A stretch of DNA of 64,000 bases, from positions 1,973,185-2,037,184 of the forward strand of contig MU056703.1 in the NCBI GenBank assembly GCA_013239625.1, given 5' to 3'. The translations under genes were made by a program, and so were the position numbers. Shown piece after piece: positions 1 to 12,799 of the stretch (the stretch's first letter is position 1; every line of letters starts with the position of its first letter). Source of the DNA: Lama guanicoe (Eukaryota). Below the pieces are notes generated by a model. That model did not search any database. It had not been told where the DNA came from and saw only the letters and a program-made list of their open reading frames with translations.

Positions 1-1261
1 GCTGAGGGAGCGCCTCTAACTGAAGGCGTCAGCGGCTCGATTCCACGGGCAGCGAACGGGCAGTATGACCAGCGGCAGCGCCTGCAGGGACCACGAGGGC
101 TCGTGGGCCAGGCGTGGCTGCGGCCGGGGCTGTCCCCGGGGGAGTCTGAAAGTCGCCTCCTCCTTGTGGCTCCGGTCACGGCTGTGAGGAAGCTGTCCTC
201 TGGCCCCTGAGCCTGTCCACGTCCCACTCCCTGCGCTCTGCAGCTTCCGGCCCTCCTCCACCCGACCCAGGGGCCGAGAGAGCTTTGCTCACGCAGCTCT
301 CGGGCCTGGGAGCCCTCTGGTGTGTCCCGGGGTTCCCGCTCTATTTTCCCCTCCCGTTCATGGAAGGCAGGCAACTTGCTTTAGAAATGATGATAAAAGT
401 TAACAAGTTCCAGAGCCCACGCCTGGCGGGCAGTAGGGCCCATCGCTGGGCCCAGAAGAGAGTCAGGCAGAGACCGGGGTGGGGAGGGGGCAGCCACGTG
501 CCCCTGACTTCTGCCCCGACTGCCCCTTCAGTGACGAGCAGTGAGAATTCTTCATTCCTGTAAATAGGACACCCAGCCTTATTTAAGTCCGTTGCCAGAG
601 AGAAAATGTCTGAGGTCCGCACGTGGCTGGACTTCATGGCAAAAGAGCGGCCAGCAGCTATGACACCGCCAGCGCCGGCTCAGGGAGGGAGGGTGTCCTT
701 TCTGTAGAAATGCGCAGAAAAGGAAATCCATTCACTTCGTCCTTGTTTGTGGTCAGACAGTTCTGAACCGCAGGCAGCTTGCTCTCTGCAAGACCAGACC
801 CCTGAGGCCGAAGGCCCATGGCGCTGAGGTGTGTGTGAGTGGCGCTCCTTCCCTGGGTGTCCCCTGACCGGCAGAGGGTCTGCGTCCTCCCTGACAGGGA
901 GCTTGGGCCTAGGGGGCCCAGTTAGCCGCCGGTGAAGAGGAGGCCTGGGTGCCTCTGAGACGACTCTGTGTCCGAGGTCCTGCGAGTCTCTGGTGTTGGA
1001 GAGGTTACCTTGCGTGGGGGAGGGGGTGGGGATGGAGAATGGTGCTGGTGAGAAAGGAGAAGTGAAAAGCGGTGATGGCTGCGTCGTTTTCCTCATCTGA
1101 ACCGCCCGCTCTGGCGTCTCCTAGATGGTTGAGGAGTCGGGCTGGAAGGCTTCCACGCCAGGACCTAAGCTGGGCAGCGTGCCTTCCTCTCTCAGAGCGA
1201 ACGCAGCATGCCTCGTGGGCCTGGGTCTCCTGCTCCCACGACCATGACACATGCCGCCTGC

Positions 1262-1543
1262 GGGTTCCTCACGTCCTGGGGGCTGGACGTCCGAGGTCCA
1301 GGTGTCGGCAGGGCTGGCTCCTCCCGAGGCCTCTCTCCTGGGTGTAGACAGCCGTCTCCCTGTGTCCTCCCAGGGTCGTCCCCTGTGCGTGTCCGTGTCC
1401 TGTTGGAGCAGGGCCCACCCACATGGCCTCATCTGACCCCATCACCTCTGTAAAGACAGCCTCCCCAAGCGCAGCCGCATCCTGAGGTCCTGGGACTGAG
1501 ACCCCACATACAGAGCTGGGGGAACACACCTCAGCCCACAGCA
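1262..1543 (-). mobile_element. MaLR LTR remnant, MLT1B-like
   Basis: Plus strand follows the reverse-complement MLT1B layout: ctgggggctggacgtccgaggtccaggtgtcggcagggctgg...gaggcctctctcctgggtgtagac...ggcccaccc...ctctgtaaagac...gggggaacacacctcagcccacagca. Confidence 0.85.
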
Positions 1544-4500
1544 CAACACTTCTCTCCTGTTTACAACTGTTTTCATAGTTTAAAAACACAGTGTGTTGAA
1601 GTCCCTGAGTTCACCTCGCCTGCCTGTGGCCCACAGAGACGTGGGAAGAGCTCGGCCTTGAGTGGGGAGACCGTGGCTGGCGGGGGGTCCTCAGCCTGCC
1701 TTCTTTCAGCCTTTTTCTTTCTACCTGATGGACCCTGAGGTCTCAGCTTTCTTGTCTGTAAAGTCAGGATGTTTCCAGAAGTTCCACAAAGTCGAACTCC
1801 CTCTGTGAACGCAGTTACCAAGTCCCACAGACAAAGCGTGTAACTTCAGGGCCCCCTCGAGTGCGCCCTGTCCGCGCCCACATGACGAGACGCTGGGGGG
1901 CAGGGGCAGTCCTCCAGGCCTCTGGGACGCAGCGGTGTGACGCCCATGCCCCCAGCCAGAGGGCAGGTGCCCTCCAGAGCGTCTCCAGCTACAGAAAACG
2001 CTTTGCCACGTTTTTCTTGGTTTTCGAAGCCCCACGGTGCCACCAGGATCCCCAGAACCAGGGAGTTGGTGCAGCGGCATGAAGCCCTTGGAAGAACGCG
2101 CCTTCCTGGAAAGCAGGTGCTGCTGTCGGTCAGCTGGCCAGCAGGGCAGCGAGGAGGGGTCTCCGCACAGAGGGTAGCACTCCTGGGAAATTCGGCGAGA
2201 ACAGAGCAGCAGCGTGCGGCTGGGAGACTTGACCAGAGGTGGGAAGGAAAAACAAGCCCAGCCGTGTGTGTTTGCCGAGCGCAGCCGCGCTCACGGGAAG
2301 AGGGCTGAGGGGTGGCACTGGAGGAGGGGGCGCGCATCCTCCACCTGGGACGGCGCTACCTCCCTGCAGCCCTCGACCCCACGCGGGCTGTGCTGTCCAG
2401 GGTCCTGGCTTTCGGCCTCCTTACTCATACTGCCTGTGTGGCCAGCGTGGCCCGCATCTTGGCTCCATGTCCTGCTCTTGTGGAGCCTGACCTTTGACTT
2501 GGTCCTGACCCTTGACTCACGGCCTCTGCTGACCCTGCCTGCCTGCAGCCATTTGCCTCCTGTGCCCCTGACTTAACGAGATCATTCAGAGCTCTGTCCG
2601 TGCCCGGCTCGTCATGGTTGTGGAGCCGTTCGCCCTTTCCCAGAGGGGGCGCAGTGGTCAGCACTTAGCACACCCCCCTTGTAACGACCGCCTCCCCGCC
2701 CCGGGAGCGCAGCATCGCCTGGGAAGCCGCAAGGGCTTATCCGGCTTCGCGGGAGCAATTTGTCAGGGCCCTTCCGTCGGCCCGGCTGTCAGCAGATCCG
2801 TAATGGGTTCTGGACCCTTCTGACCTCCGCGTCGCCTCCGCCCTGAGCCGCTGTGGCCTCCTAAACGCCGTCTCCTTCCTCTGGCTGTAAGGGCCTCTTG
2901 ACAGGGACTTCAGTGTCCACCTTAGCGGTGGAGCAAGGCCTTTAAGAAACTGAGCTCTTGGTTGGAGGTGAGGTATGGGACGCGTGACCCAGCGGCCTGT
3001 TCCCCACCTCCGCTCGTCCAGGGAGCAGGACACAGACACGAGGCTTTCAAAGTGTGCGCGGCAGGTGGCAGTTTTAGAGCTGAAAAGGGAACTGACCCTC
3101 TTCCCCAGCTGGAGTAACACCCCCCACCGACCCCTGCCCCTCTGTCTGGGATTGGGCGGGGGCTGGAGGTGCAGGAGGGGCGAAGTTCACAAAGAGCCTG
3201 GGGTCTGGTGCCGGTCTAGGCTGTGATCGCAACAAGGCGGGACATGTCCGCTCACTGGAGGCTGGGCTGCAAACGTGGGCCCAGCCCTGCGCGGGTAGGC
3301 AGCTGTAGTGGCCTGATTCTCCAAGCACGCAAGTGTGCCGGGAGCAGACTAGGCGCCCCGTGAGGCTGTTCAGAGGCACCGTCACTGCAGGGCTTCGCGG
3401 GAGCTCAGGCCCGGTTGCTGGGCTTGGGGGCGTCCGGGGTCCTGTTGTTGCTCTTATAAAGGCCAGCAAGGTCGGCGCCAGCCCGCCAGCCCCTCCAGAT
3501 GCCCTCCCCCCGCCCAGAGGAGGTGTGTCTGCAGGACTCCCATCGATAGAGCGACGCCCCCTCCCTGGGAGCACCGCCCTCCCTCAGGGAAGGAGGGAGC
3601 AGGAGGGAGAAGAGGGTCGGCCTGAGGGACAGGAGGTTCCCACCGACCAGGCCTGCTCTCTGCTCTGGCTCCCGGGCCTGGCCTGCCAGGCCACCTGTCC
3701 TCTTCTGCTCATCCCTGTGTTACACCCAGAGCACCCACTGTTCACCTCCAGGGAGTTGAGTCTACCCCAACTGTCCAGCACTAGTGGGTCTCGGTCCTGA
3801 CAGGACCAGGAAGCGAGCTGCAGCACACACAGCCTCCCAGAAGACGCACGCGGACGTCCGTCTCAGTGACCGCGTTTGGTCTGGAAAGTGTCCCTGCAGC
3901 ATCACCGATGCTCTGTACGAAGCAGGCGGTAACGGTGCACCATCTTACACACTCTTCAAAGTGGACGGGACACCCCAAAATGCACACACAGAATTTGGGG
4001 GCAAAGAGCTGAGAGACAGTGGGAGAGGCGAAGGCTGATTTTTCAGTCCTGTAATTGAGGGTTCATGAGACGTGGATTCACCAGGGGAGCCCTCGGACGC
4101 CTGCTCTGTGTGTATAGACTTTTATGTATGTGTCTGTACGTGTGTGACACATACTCCACGTGCCACGCAGCCATCACGTTACGTGAACAGTACCTGTTAT
4201 ACACATTCCATGTCATGTTCAGCCCCAGTGGCGAGGCCCACCCCCTTTTGCCCGCGTGCCAGCCCCTTCTGACAGGCCTTGCAGCCCAGGGTCCTGGGTG
4301 GGGGTCCCTGGAGTCTGCTGAGCCGGGACAGCAGGACCTGCCCTGGTCTGACCTCCCTCCGAGAACCGCTCTACCCTCCACCAGGAAGCCGTCCACAAGG
4401 CAGCAACTCTGTGCTCTTTCAAGTCTTGCTTTCAACACGAGCTATTCCTGGGCTCCTCAGAAACACTGCCGAGCCCCATTTTGCAGGAGAGAACTTCCTG

Positions 4501-5734
4501 AAATAAAGGCAGTCCACTGGCCTGGGACCAGCTTGAGCTTTCTGACCTGAGCTCTGCCTCCCGCATCTGCAGAGGAGCTGTAAGCTCACACACGTGTGGT
4601 TTGCTCCTGGAAGCCGCCAGGCCCCTCTCCCCACAGGACGGATGATGGAGACAAGCCCGTGGCTGCTCGGAGAACACAGGCACCGATGCTCCCATCACGT
4701 CATTTGTCAGGGGCGCTTTTTATTCCACAGGGTCCCTTCATCCGTTGAAGAATGAAGTTGGTGACAGTTTATCTTCCTTGTGATGCGAGCGTGTCTCTCC
4801 CAGTGTGACTGCTCGTCTGCAGAGGTTTGCGGGGGCTCAGGCAGCTCCAAGACAATAAACGCGCTGCAACGGCCCGGCCTGTGTGCGGCCTTGATGCCTA
4901 AATTGTCCTCCCATTAAGTGAGGGAGGTTTGCAAGAGCTTTAATTGATCTCTTTTTAAATACAATGAGCTGTCAAAACCGGAGCACTAAACGGCAGGCCT
5001 TTCCGTCTGCGCTGCTGTTATGGGAGGCGGGAGCTGTTTTAAACCGTGCTCCCAGCACCCTGACTGGAGCGGGCCCGACTCTGGCCACCGAGCCATCTCG
5101 CAGACACCCGCCCTGGGGCCAAGCGTTCTAGGTTTGAAAGACCTGGCGCAGCGACAGGAGTTGGGGCCGGAAGGGGGCGGAGGACCCCGGGTGCCAGCTG
5201 TTCAGGCTCCGCACCTGACTCGTGTTTCTCAGGTTAAGGATGCGCTGGGGCCACAGAGGAAGGAGAGGAGCATGGACCATACACGCTTGCACTGTGACCC
5301 CAGCTGCCCTGCCGTCCCGGCAGCACGGGCTCCTCACGGCCCACGGCGGCCCAGGCCCTCGTGCCAGGCTCAGGGGCCAGGGCCTGTGGCGGCAGGTGGA
5401 AACCTGTCCGGGCCCGGGACCTTCCCCTGAAGACGCACAGGCGGGGATTCCGTCCAGGGGAGTGTTTCCCAAGGAGGCAGGGCCAGGAGGTCTCAGGACA
5501 GGTTTCCCAGCCCTGCCAGCGGCATAAACTGGTTTTACTGACGATGTATTTCTGTCCACGCTGACTGGTGAGAACCCCCCACCTCCCAGGGTATCTGTGG
5601 ATGCACACTTTCCGAATCAGGGCCCTCAGACCTGCCCTGGGGACAAGAAAGCATGTGTCCGCCAGTAGTGAGGATGGAAAGGCAGCCCTGTCATCACTGC
5701 TGTTGATGTTCGGGGCCCTGACTTGGTTCTCAGC

Positions 5735-6130
5735 CTTTAAAAAAGTCAGAGCTGCCGCCGCTCAGATAAAATCCAAACTGTCTGCTACACCTCTAATTAT
5801 CAGTCTGCCTTCCGGGTGAAATGGTACTATTCAATTATTGCTTTTTGTTCACTTGTCAGCCACCGAAAAAAAAAAATCATCACTGCTTTCAAACCAGCGA
5901 AAAGAACAGAAAGTCTGCAAATTGCTTTCTCAGAGCAGTTACTTCAGACCTAATACCTCTCTGCAGAGTGTCAGAAATTGTATAATGCTCTGTTGCCTGC
6001 AGATCGGGTCTAATGTGGCTGTTTCAATGATTTGTTGTACATGATGTAATTTTATTGAAATGATTTCTTTTGTCACCACTTTGTATGTGGCTGGTGGTGA
6101 CACCCTGCACTCATCATCTAAATACACGTT
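5735..6130. promoter_or_regulatory. Candidate conserved non-coding enhancer (AT-rich, non-repeat island)
   Basis: Abrupt AT-rich complex sequence within GC-rich flanks; several TAAT/ATTA and TGTCA motifs. Conservation not tested. Confidence 0.45.
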
Positions 6131-7589
6131 TGCTGCGACCCCTGTAAACCAGGCAGCGTTGTCCCCAGGGTGGCGTGTTACTCCTCTGGGCGAGATGAGG
6201 GCAGGCTGAGCCAGCCCCCCCGGGCGGGGCATCGCCACGGGAGCCCACAGACCGGCTGCGTCTCCCTGCCCTCGGCTGCAGAGGAGCAGGGCCGGTGCAG
6301 CCAGGGTCGTCCTGGAGGCCTCACATCTGGCCTCACTGTGGACGTGCCTACCCCAGGCCGGATGGGACAGGGAGGCCCGCGGCTGCTGGCCAGTGAGCAC
6401 GTGCCGCACGGGAGGACATCCCCTTGGTCTCCCCTCAGCACGTGTGGAGGATGCTGAACATGGAAACGTGTTTAAAACGCTGAGCCCCAGAACCTGCCGT
6501 CGCACACCGAGGCCCCAGAGCAGCCTCTCCGACTGCGCCCAGCTGTCCCCGGGGCTCCCTTCCCTAGCGTCCTTCCCCTTTGCTGTAACTTTGTAGAGGA
6601 GACTGGCAGAGACGCGTGTCCCCCGGCGTCATGCACCGTGGGCTGGGCAGTCCCTCCAGAAACGACGCATGCCCGCTGTGTGCGACCGCAGCCCAGGTCA
6701 GCGTCGGCCACAGGAGCTGTGTCCGCACAGATCTGTTCCCTCAGGTTCTTGTCAGGGCCCCGGCCCCCAGCCTTACGTCCAGTCGGGGTTGGGAGCCCAC
6801 CCCTGGGTCCTCCTGGTGGCACCTGTGTTTCTGGGGTAAAACTCACACCAGTGTCCTCCACCCTGGCTTTCTCCTCTCCCGGACCTGCTGGAGTTGACTT
6901 GTTTCTGGACCCCGCGTGTGTGGCACGTGAAGTGCACGTGTTCGCAGGGGAACAAGGGAGGGAGCGGGACTCACGCGCTTTGTGCTCCGAGACTCTCAGT
7001 CTCTGGCCCCGTTCAGGACCCGGCCAGCATCACCCCGCACTCCCGCCCTGAGGCTACAGAGACAGAGAAAGACCCCAGCTGGGGCCAGGGGAGCTGAGCG
7101 GCTGGCGCCCTCGGCATCTCAGGATGTTGTGCTGATGTCTTAGTTTCCAGTTTCCTTCGGAGGGTGTGGGGGCGGGTCTCCCATTGACCGTGCCTCAGCC
7201 CGGTCAGTGCGGGCTCAGGCTTGGCTGTGCAGCCACCCTGCTGCCGGAGCAGCATTGCTGCCAGTTCCCAACTTGCTTCCAGCGTAAAAGAAATGTTTAC
7301 TCTCCTCATTTTGCTCAGGATGATTTAAGAGGAAAAAATGTTTTATTATCTGGAGTTCAGAGTCAGAGTCCTGAGCCACATAACTTAGTTGCTGTGTGGA
7401 ATAAACACACGGATGACCGTCACTGTCGGAACAACCCAGAAACCACGCAGGGCCAGCACTGCCGGGGGGCGCCGTCGGTGAGGGCGAGGGAGCTGCCGGG
7501 GACGCAGCTGCCGGGGATGCACTGCCGGGGGCTCAGCCGCTGACCGCACGGAGGCCAGGCCGGGAGAAGTGGCCACGGGGACTGAGCGT

Positions 7590-7830
7590 CCCAGGTGGAG
7601 ACTAGCAGCAGACCTGCTTCTTACCATCCCGGGGGCCACAAACCCACGGTCAAGGTGCCAGCACGGTGGGTGCTGGTTCCCAGATGGCATCTTTCCCCAG
7701 GTTCTCACCTGGAGGGAGGGGCGGGGGCCCTGGCGGTCCCTTCGCGAGAATACGAGTCCCGTGGTGGAGGCTCAGCGCCTCCTGACGCGGTCATCCGGGC
7801 TTGTCCCCAACACTGGGTCTGGGGCCACCG
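7590..7830 (-). mobile_element. Heavily diverged MaLR LTR remnant, MLT1A-like
   Basis: ggtcaaggtgccagca...cagatggcatc...ctcacctggagggaggggcggggg...gtcccttcgcgagaatacgagtccc follows the MLT1A block order and resembles the better copy at 52519-52814. Confidence 0.55.
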
Positions 7831-8364
7831 TTCCACCCGAGCCCCACCCGCAGTCCGTGCGCTAGCAGCCCCGCACGTGTCCTGTGCCTGCACGGCCCAC
7901 CTCGCTCCATTTTCTTTTTCCTCTTAGAGGCCAGGATTCCGAGCTGCCTGGGAAACGGCGAGGGCAGGTGACACTTGCTTCCACGTGGACTGAGAGCCGG
8001 GACTGTTGGGGGGGGGGTGTCCAGGGCAGGCTGGCCTGGTCCTGCACTGTCCTCCCACCATGACAGACCGGGGCTTGGCTTCCACCCTTGGCTGGGGGCC
8101 GAGGCAAGGAGGCTCTGGGAGGCGGCCATCCATCCCGCCCGTGGGGAAGTCACACCTCATTAAGAGGCCGTAGGTAAGCAGGGCCTGGACAGACTCAGCC
8201 CCGTGGACATGTGGTGACAGCTTGAGTTATGCTGACAGGCCCCCTCAAAGGGAAAGGCAGTGTCACAGGGAGATGAAACACATCCCCCGTCACCCTCCAC
8301 ACAGGACAAATGGATGGCCGAGGAGCCTCCCGCCAGCCACACGGCCGTCCAGGGACAGACGGGA

Positions 8365-8525
8365 GAGTTGAGTTTGATGTTATAAATCACCGTAATTTGT
8401 TACAATTTCCAAAGACAAATATGACAGGGTGGAATTACTTTGCAGGGCTGAGGCAGTCATTTGCAGAAGCCATAAAGCGCCGTATAAATCTGCGGATGAG
8501 ATGCATTCAATCTGAGGAAACAGCG
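8365..8525. promoter_or_regulatory. Candidate PBX-HOX/MEIS enhancer
   Basis: ATAAATCA (rc TGATTTAT) 8382-8389, TGACAG 8422-8427, CCATAAA 8470-8476, ATAAATC 8484-8490. Confidence 0.45.
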
Positions 8526-9334
8526 CGGTGTCGGCTCTGTCTGTCGTGCTTACCAGGAGCCCAGGCTCACTCTCGCCGAGGGGTCCTCTCACCGCGTGCG
8601 GGACCCACTCCCGCAGGGCCCTCTCCCCCGTCCCCCAGGGGAAGGGGAGGCCTGGGCTTCTGCCCGCCTCCCAGCCCCCCAGACACGCGCCCCGCCCCAG
8701 ACGGAGGACGAAAGAGGAGCAGCGTTTCACCCGAACCCACCAAGTGTGCCGTCCCCGGGGAAGGAGGGTGGGACCCGGCTCCACCCCACGTCCTCTCTGT
8801 CGGGGCTCCTGGCGCCTTTCGCTGCCAGCTCTCGGCTGGTGGTTCCCGAACCCACGTGTGGGCGTCTCTTCTGAGCTGCGGGCTCCCCGGCAGCGGTGGC
8901 CAGGCCATGACTCCCTGAGAGCCAGGGGCCGTGACCTTCCAGAACTGCCTTCCTTGCTTTAGGTGGGCTACGAGGAGGCTGAGGCCAGGCGTGCTGCTTC
9001 TCGGGGCCCCACCCAGAACGTCATGCAGATGTGGCCCACCCACTCTTCCAGCCTGAACGTGGCCCAGGGCGCCCCCACCCACCCCCGCCTCCCTCCTCAA
9101 GAGTAACTCCAGCTCCGGGTGCGGCGCCCAGCAGGGGCCTGGCACCGTCGTGTGGTTTTTTCGAGCGTCTCAGCTTTTAGATAGTCGCTCTGATGTGTGG
9201 TGACCGCCGTCCACCCTGGCTGGTCTGGTGGCATCTTCAGGGCTGGCCGCTTCCCTGAATGTGGGTCTTTTCCGCCCAGTTTCCCCGCCATCCACAGACC
9301 CTTTGAACTCCCCGTGTGAATATGACAAAATAAC

Positions 9335-9435
9335 AGGTCAGTTAAGAGCGTGGACTTGGGGTGGGAGGCCTGAGCTGGGTCCTGGCCCCATCACTCACTA
9401 AATGTCGAGCCTTGAGCACCAAGTACTTGCCCCCC
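9335..9435 (+). mobile_element. MIR SINE fragment
   Basis: gttaagagcgtggacttggg...ctgggtcctggccccatcactcactaaatgtcgagccttgagca matches the MIR head/core. Confidence 0.6.
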
Positions 9436-10680
9436 AGAAGCGTCGAGTTCAAGTTGACAAGGGGTGGTGTCTCCTAAGATCCTTTACATGGTCTTCGGTG
9501 CTTTTCTTCCCCTCACGTCTTTGTGTCGACCCTAAACCTAACCCACGAACTCTAGCCCAGTGTTCATCTGATCACCCCACTTTTGTGCCTAAGATCCCCT
9601 CCAAGAACCCCGGCCGCTGTAATCTGCCCATTTCCCCGTGGCATCCGTGTCTACTGAGACCCAGCTCATCCTGGACTCCTCGCAAGCGCCTGCGCGTCAC
9701 GCCCCCAGGGCCTCACTGTGGCTCGTGGGCACAGCAGACACGCTGTCCCTCTCCGGACCAGGGCCGTGTCTGGGCCCCCAGCAGCCCGGTGCCAGCCCTG
9801 CGGCCGGTGAGCACCTTGTTCTGCGTTTTCAGGGCCGGGGCTGAGGGCCTCTCAGACCCCATCAAGGTGCACGCGCGCTGACATGGCCTGTGTGGCTTTC
9901 ACTGGGGCAGACTTGGTGCCAGGAGCCCTGTCCTCTCACACACACCTGCTCCTCGGTCCCTCCAGGCTGACACCCGACCGGCCAGCACTGGACGGTGACA
10001 CGGCAGGGGCGGGGCGAGGGGACATCTGACACAGCAGGAAGGAGAGAATTCAGCCTTCGGGGGCAGGAGTCTCCTCGTGATGTCTGCGGGTTCGTCAGGG
10101 TCCTCCGGAGAGCAGAGCCGCAGGCTGTTGCGCATATTGTGTGTGTGTGTTACCGTACGTGTACGTGCGTCACGTGTAGGTACAGGGACAGAGACCACCA
10201 TCGAGGCACTTAACCCACCGCTGCGCGCCTGGTGTCAGGGAGGCCCGGCGGTAGGTGTGCAGGTCGGTGGTGCTGAAAGCAGCCTCCCGGGTTCCTGGAC
10301 TCACCTTTAGTCCTGCGAGCGCCCCTGGAAGGGTCCCCAGAGGGTCTGCATGAAATACCCCAGAGCCGGGCGGGAGGGCGAGGCCAGATGGGCCCGACGT
10401 GCAGGACGGAGGTGCCCGGGGAGAGGCGGTTGTGGCGCTGAGGAGGGCCGGGGGGCAGCTTTGGAATTCGGGCTCATTCTGTCTCCAGGGAGGGGCTGTA
10501 ACTGGAGGGAAGACGACGAAAGCCAGTTTCACAAGTGGTGGTGCCTCCCCCAACCTGCAGGTCCCTTTCCTCACCTCTCCCCAGACCCCAGGCAGGAGGC
10601 CCAGTGCCCTGCGAGGCGCCCCGGAGGATGTGGGCCACTGAGGTGAGGCCCCTGGGCCGCTGGAACTGCAACCTCCCACC

Positions 10681-10812
10681 CCGCCTGCCCCACCCAGGTG
10701 TGGGGACCACCCTGCCCGCCTCACCCAGGTGTGAGGACACTCCACCTGCCCCACCCAGGTGTGGTGACCACCCCGCCCGCCTCACCCAGGTGTGGGGACC
10801 ACCCCCCGCCCA
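10681..10812. repeat. ~30-bp GC-rich minisatellite, ~4.3 units, alternating A/B variants
   Basis: Core cacccaggtgtg occurs four times; units alternate cctgccccacccagg and cccgcctcacccagg. Confidence 0.9.
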
Positions 10813-12799
10813 GGCCCAGATGTAGCACTCTCCTGTGCTGTGGAGGGTGAGGCCCAGGCCCGACGCAGACCCGTGGTCTCCACCTCATTGTTGTTGGAGA
10901 GCAGACATTTGTGCGCCTCTTGCTTGGGGACGTCTGCTAGGCGACAGCATCCAGCCACGGTGATGGGAAGGAGTTGTCGGAGGCATCGCCATGCGTCCAC
11001 CCGCAGCTCTGTGGGAATCCCAGAGGCGTCCCAGGTCCTCCACCAGGACCCCGGACAGATAGGGCCAGATGCCTAGAGCTCCTCCTGCCCGAAGAACCAG
11101 CATCCTCAAGGCAGCCAGGGCTCTGAACGCACCGCCAGCTTCTCCGCCGTGCCCTCTAAACGTGGTCCAACTTCACCCTTCAGTACCTGAAGTCGGGGCT
11201 CAGGGCCCCGGGGACGTACCCCAAAGCCTGCTCGAGGGCACCATTGGCTGTGCCACCAGGTCTCCAAGTCTTGGCTTACGCTCCGGTGGAAGACACTGAG
11301 GGTGGATCGGGCTCGCAGGCTGGAGGCAACGGGGGAAGCAGGGGTGGGGATGGGTGCAAACAAAGCAGAGGGACGAAGATGGAGGGCCCGCGTCCCGGGG
11401 GCCCTGCCATGGCCCTCCCAGGTCTGCCGCGGATCACGTCGCTGACCAGTCCGGGTGGGCTTCCCGGGAAAGGGTGGGGCGGCAGGTCCTGGGGCTCCCA
11501 GGAGACACGACGCACCCCACCAGCAGGTTCCCCAAGGAGGACCCTGCGCATTCGCAGGGATGTGCCATGAGAGCTGCCGGGGTCGCTTCAGGAAGCCCTG
11601 TTACCTGAGTATGGACACTGTAACCTTGACCCCAGAGCTCCTGGCGGGTGGAGCGGGGGGAGAGCGCGGTTCATCCTAGGTGGCCCCTCGGGGTGGGAGG
11701 GGGTCAGGACGCTGGCTGGACGGAGACCCTTAGAGGCTGGCAGCACCGCAAGGCCTAGCACATCACACGTTAGTTCAGTGGCCCCAGCTGTGCCCTCAGA
11801 CATGTCTGAGGGCGGCCAGCGAGCTCCGAGACGTACCGCCAGCGCACTTGCAATCATGCGGAAGCGCAAACACGAAGCGAAGAAGCAAGCGGAGCCCTGC
11901 GCCCCCGGGAGAGGCCGCAGGGACGACAGCATGGAGGCCGCGGCCACTGCCTCTCCCTGGGACGCCGGGGGCCGTGGCCGCCCGCCCGGGGCCGGGGCAG
12001 GAAGCGCTGTGGGGAGGCCGGGCCTCGTGCTTTCGGAGAATGTGGGTGAAGGGCGCTCTTGATACTGATTCTGCTGGTTTCAAGAAAGAAAAGCCAGCAG
12101 GAGGAATCAGAGACTGACGAGGATCTTGGAGAGGAAACGGGCGTCTGCATCGCACTTAGAGGGCGACGTGTCTTCAGGGCGAGATGGCTGCTGGGGTAGG
12201 AAGCCTGCGGGAGGACGTGGTGCGAGCGTGGGTAATTAACCCTTTGGGGACGGTGCCCAGGGGTGCTTTGCTCTAACTCAAGCTGCAGGCATAAAAGTAC
12301 TTGCTGTAAGTTTGCAGCCTGAGATGTTCTGCGATGTTTCTGCAAACAGCACGCAGACAGTGCAGCGGGCTGGGAGGAACGGGAGGTGATGGGAAGCTGG
12401 GCGTGAGTTTTTTTTTAAGAAAGAAAACTTGGATTTAAGAAGTGCCTTTACTCCTTGACTAAGACAACAGTCAGCTGGCACAGTTCTCACCTCAGTGAGT
12501 AAGATCCTTAAGTGCGATGCGGCCGGTGTGGAACACCAGAGACCTGTGTCCCTCCCTGGGAGGGAGAGTGTGGGACACACGGCCTCCTGGTCAGTTTGTC
12601 CTGCGACGTCCGATCTGTAGACTCGCCCGTGGCCTCTCAAGACCAGGGCCGCTGGTGTGTGCACTGTGCGGTGGTCGCCGTAGTGCCCCGCCCGCGAGGA
12701 GCACGGTGCTGGCCCCGCGAGGCGTGCTGAGCCGGCCCGCAGCCCGGCGGGCACAACGGCCTCGCGTCTGCTTACAGCGTGAAGACCGCTAAGAAAGGC

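Noticed and set aside
10681-10812. CRISPR-like ~30-bp periodicity (also 63237-63323 and 60632-61593)
   Set aside because: Contiguous tandem units without unique spacers, no cas genes, mammalian DNA.
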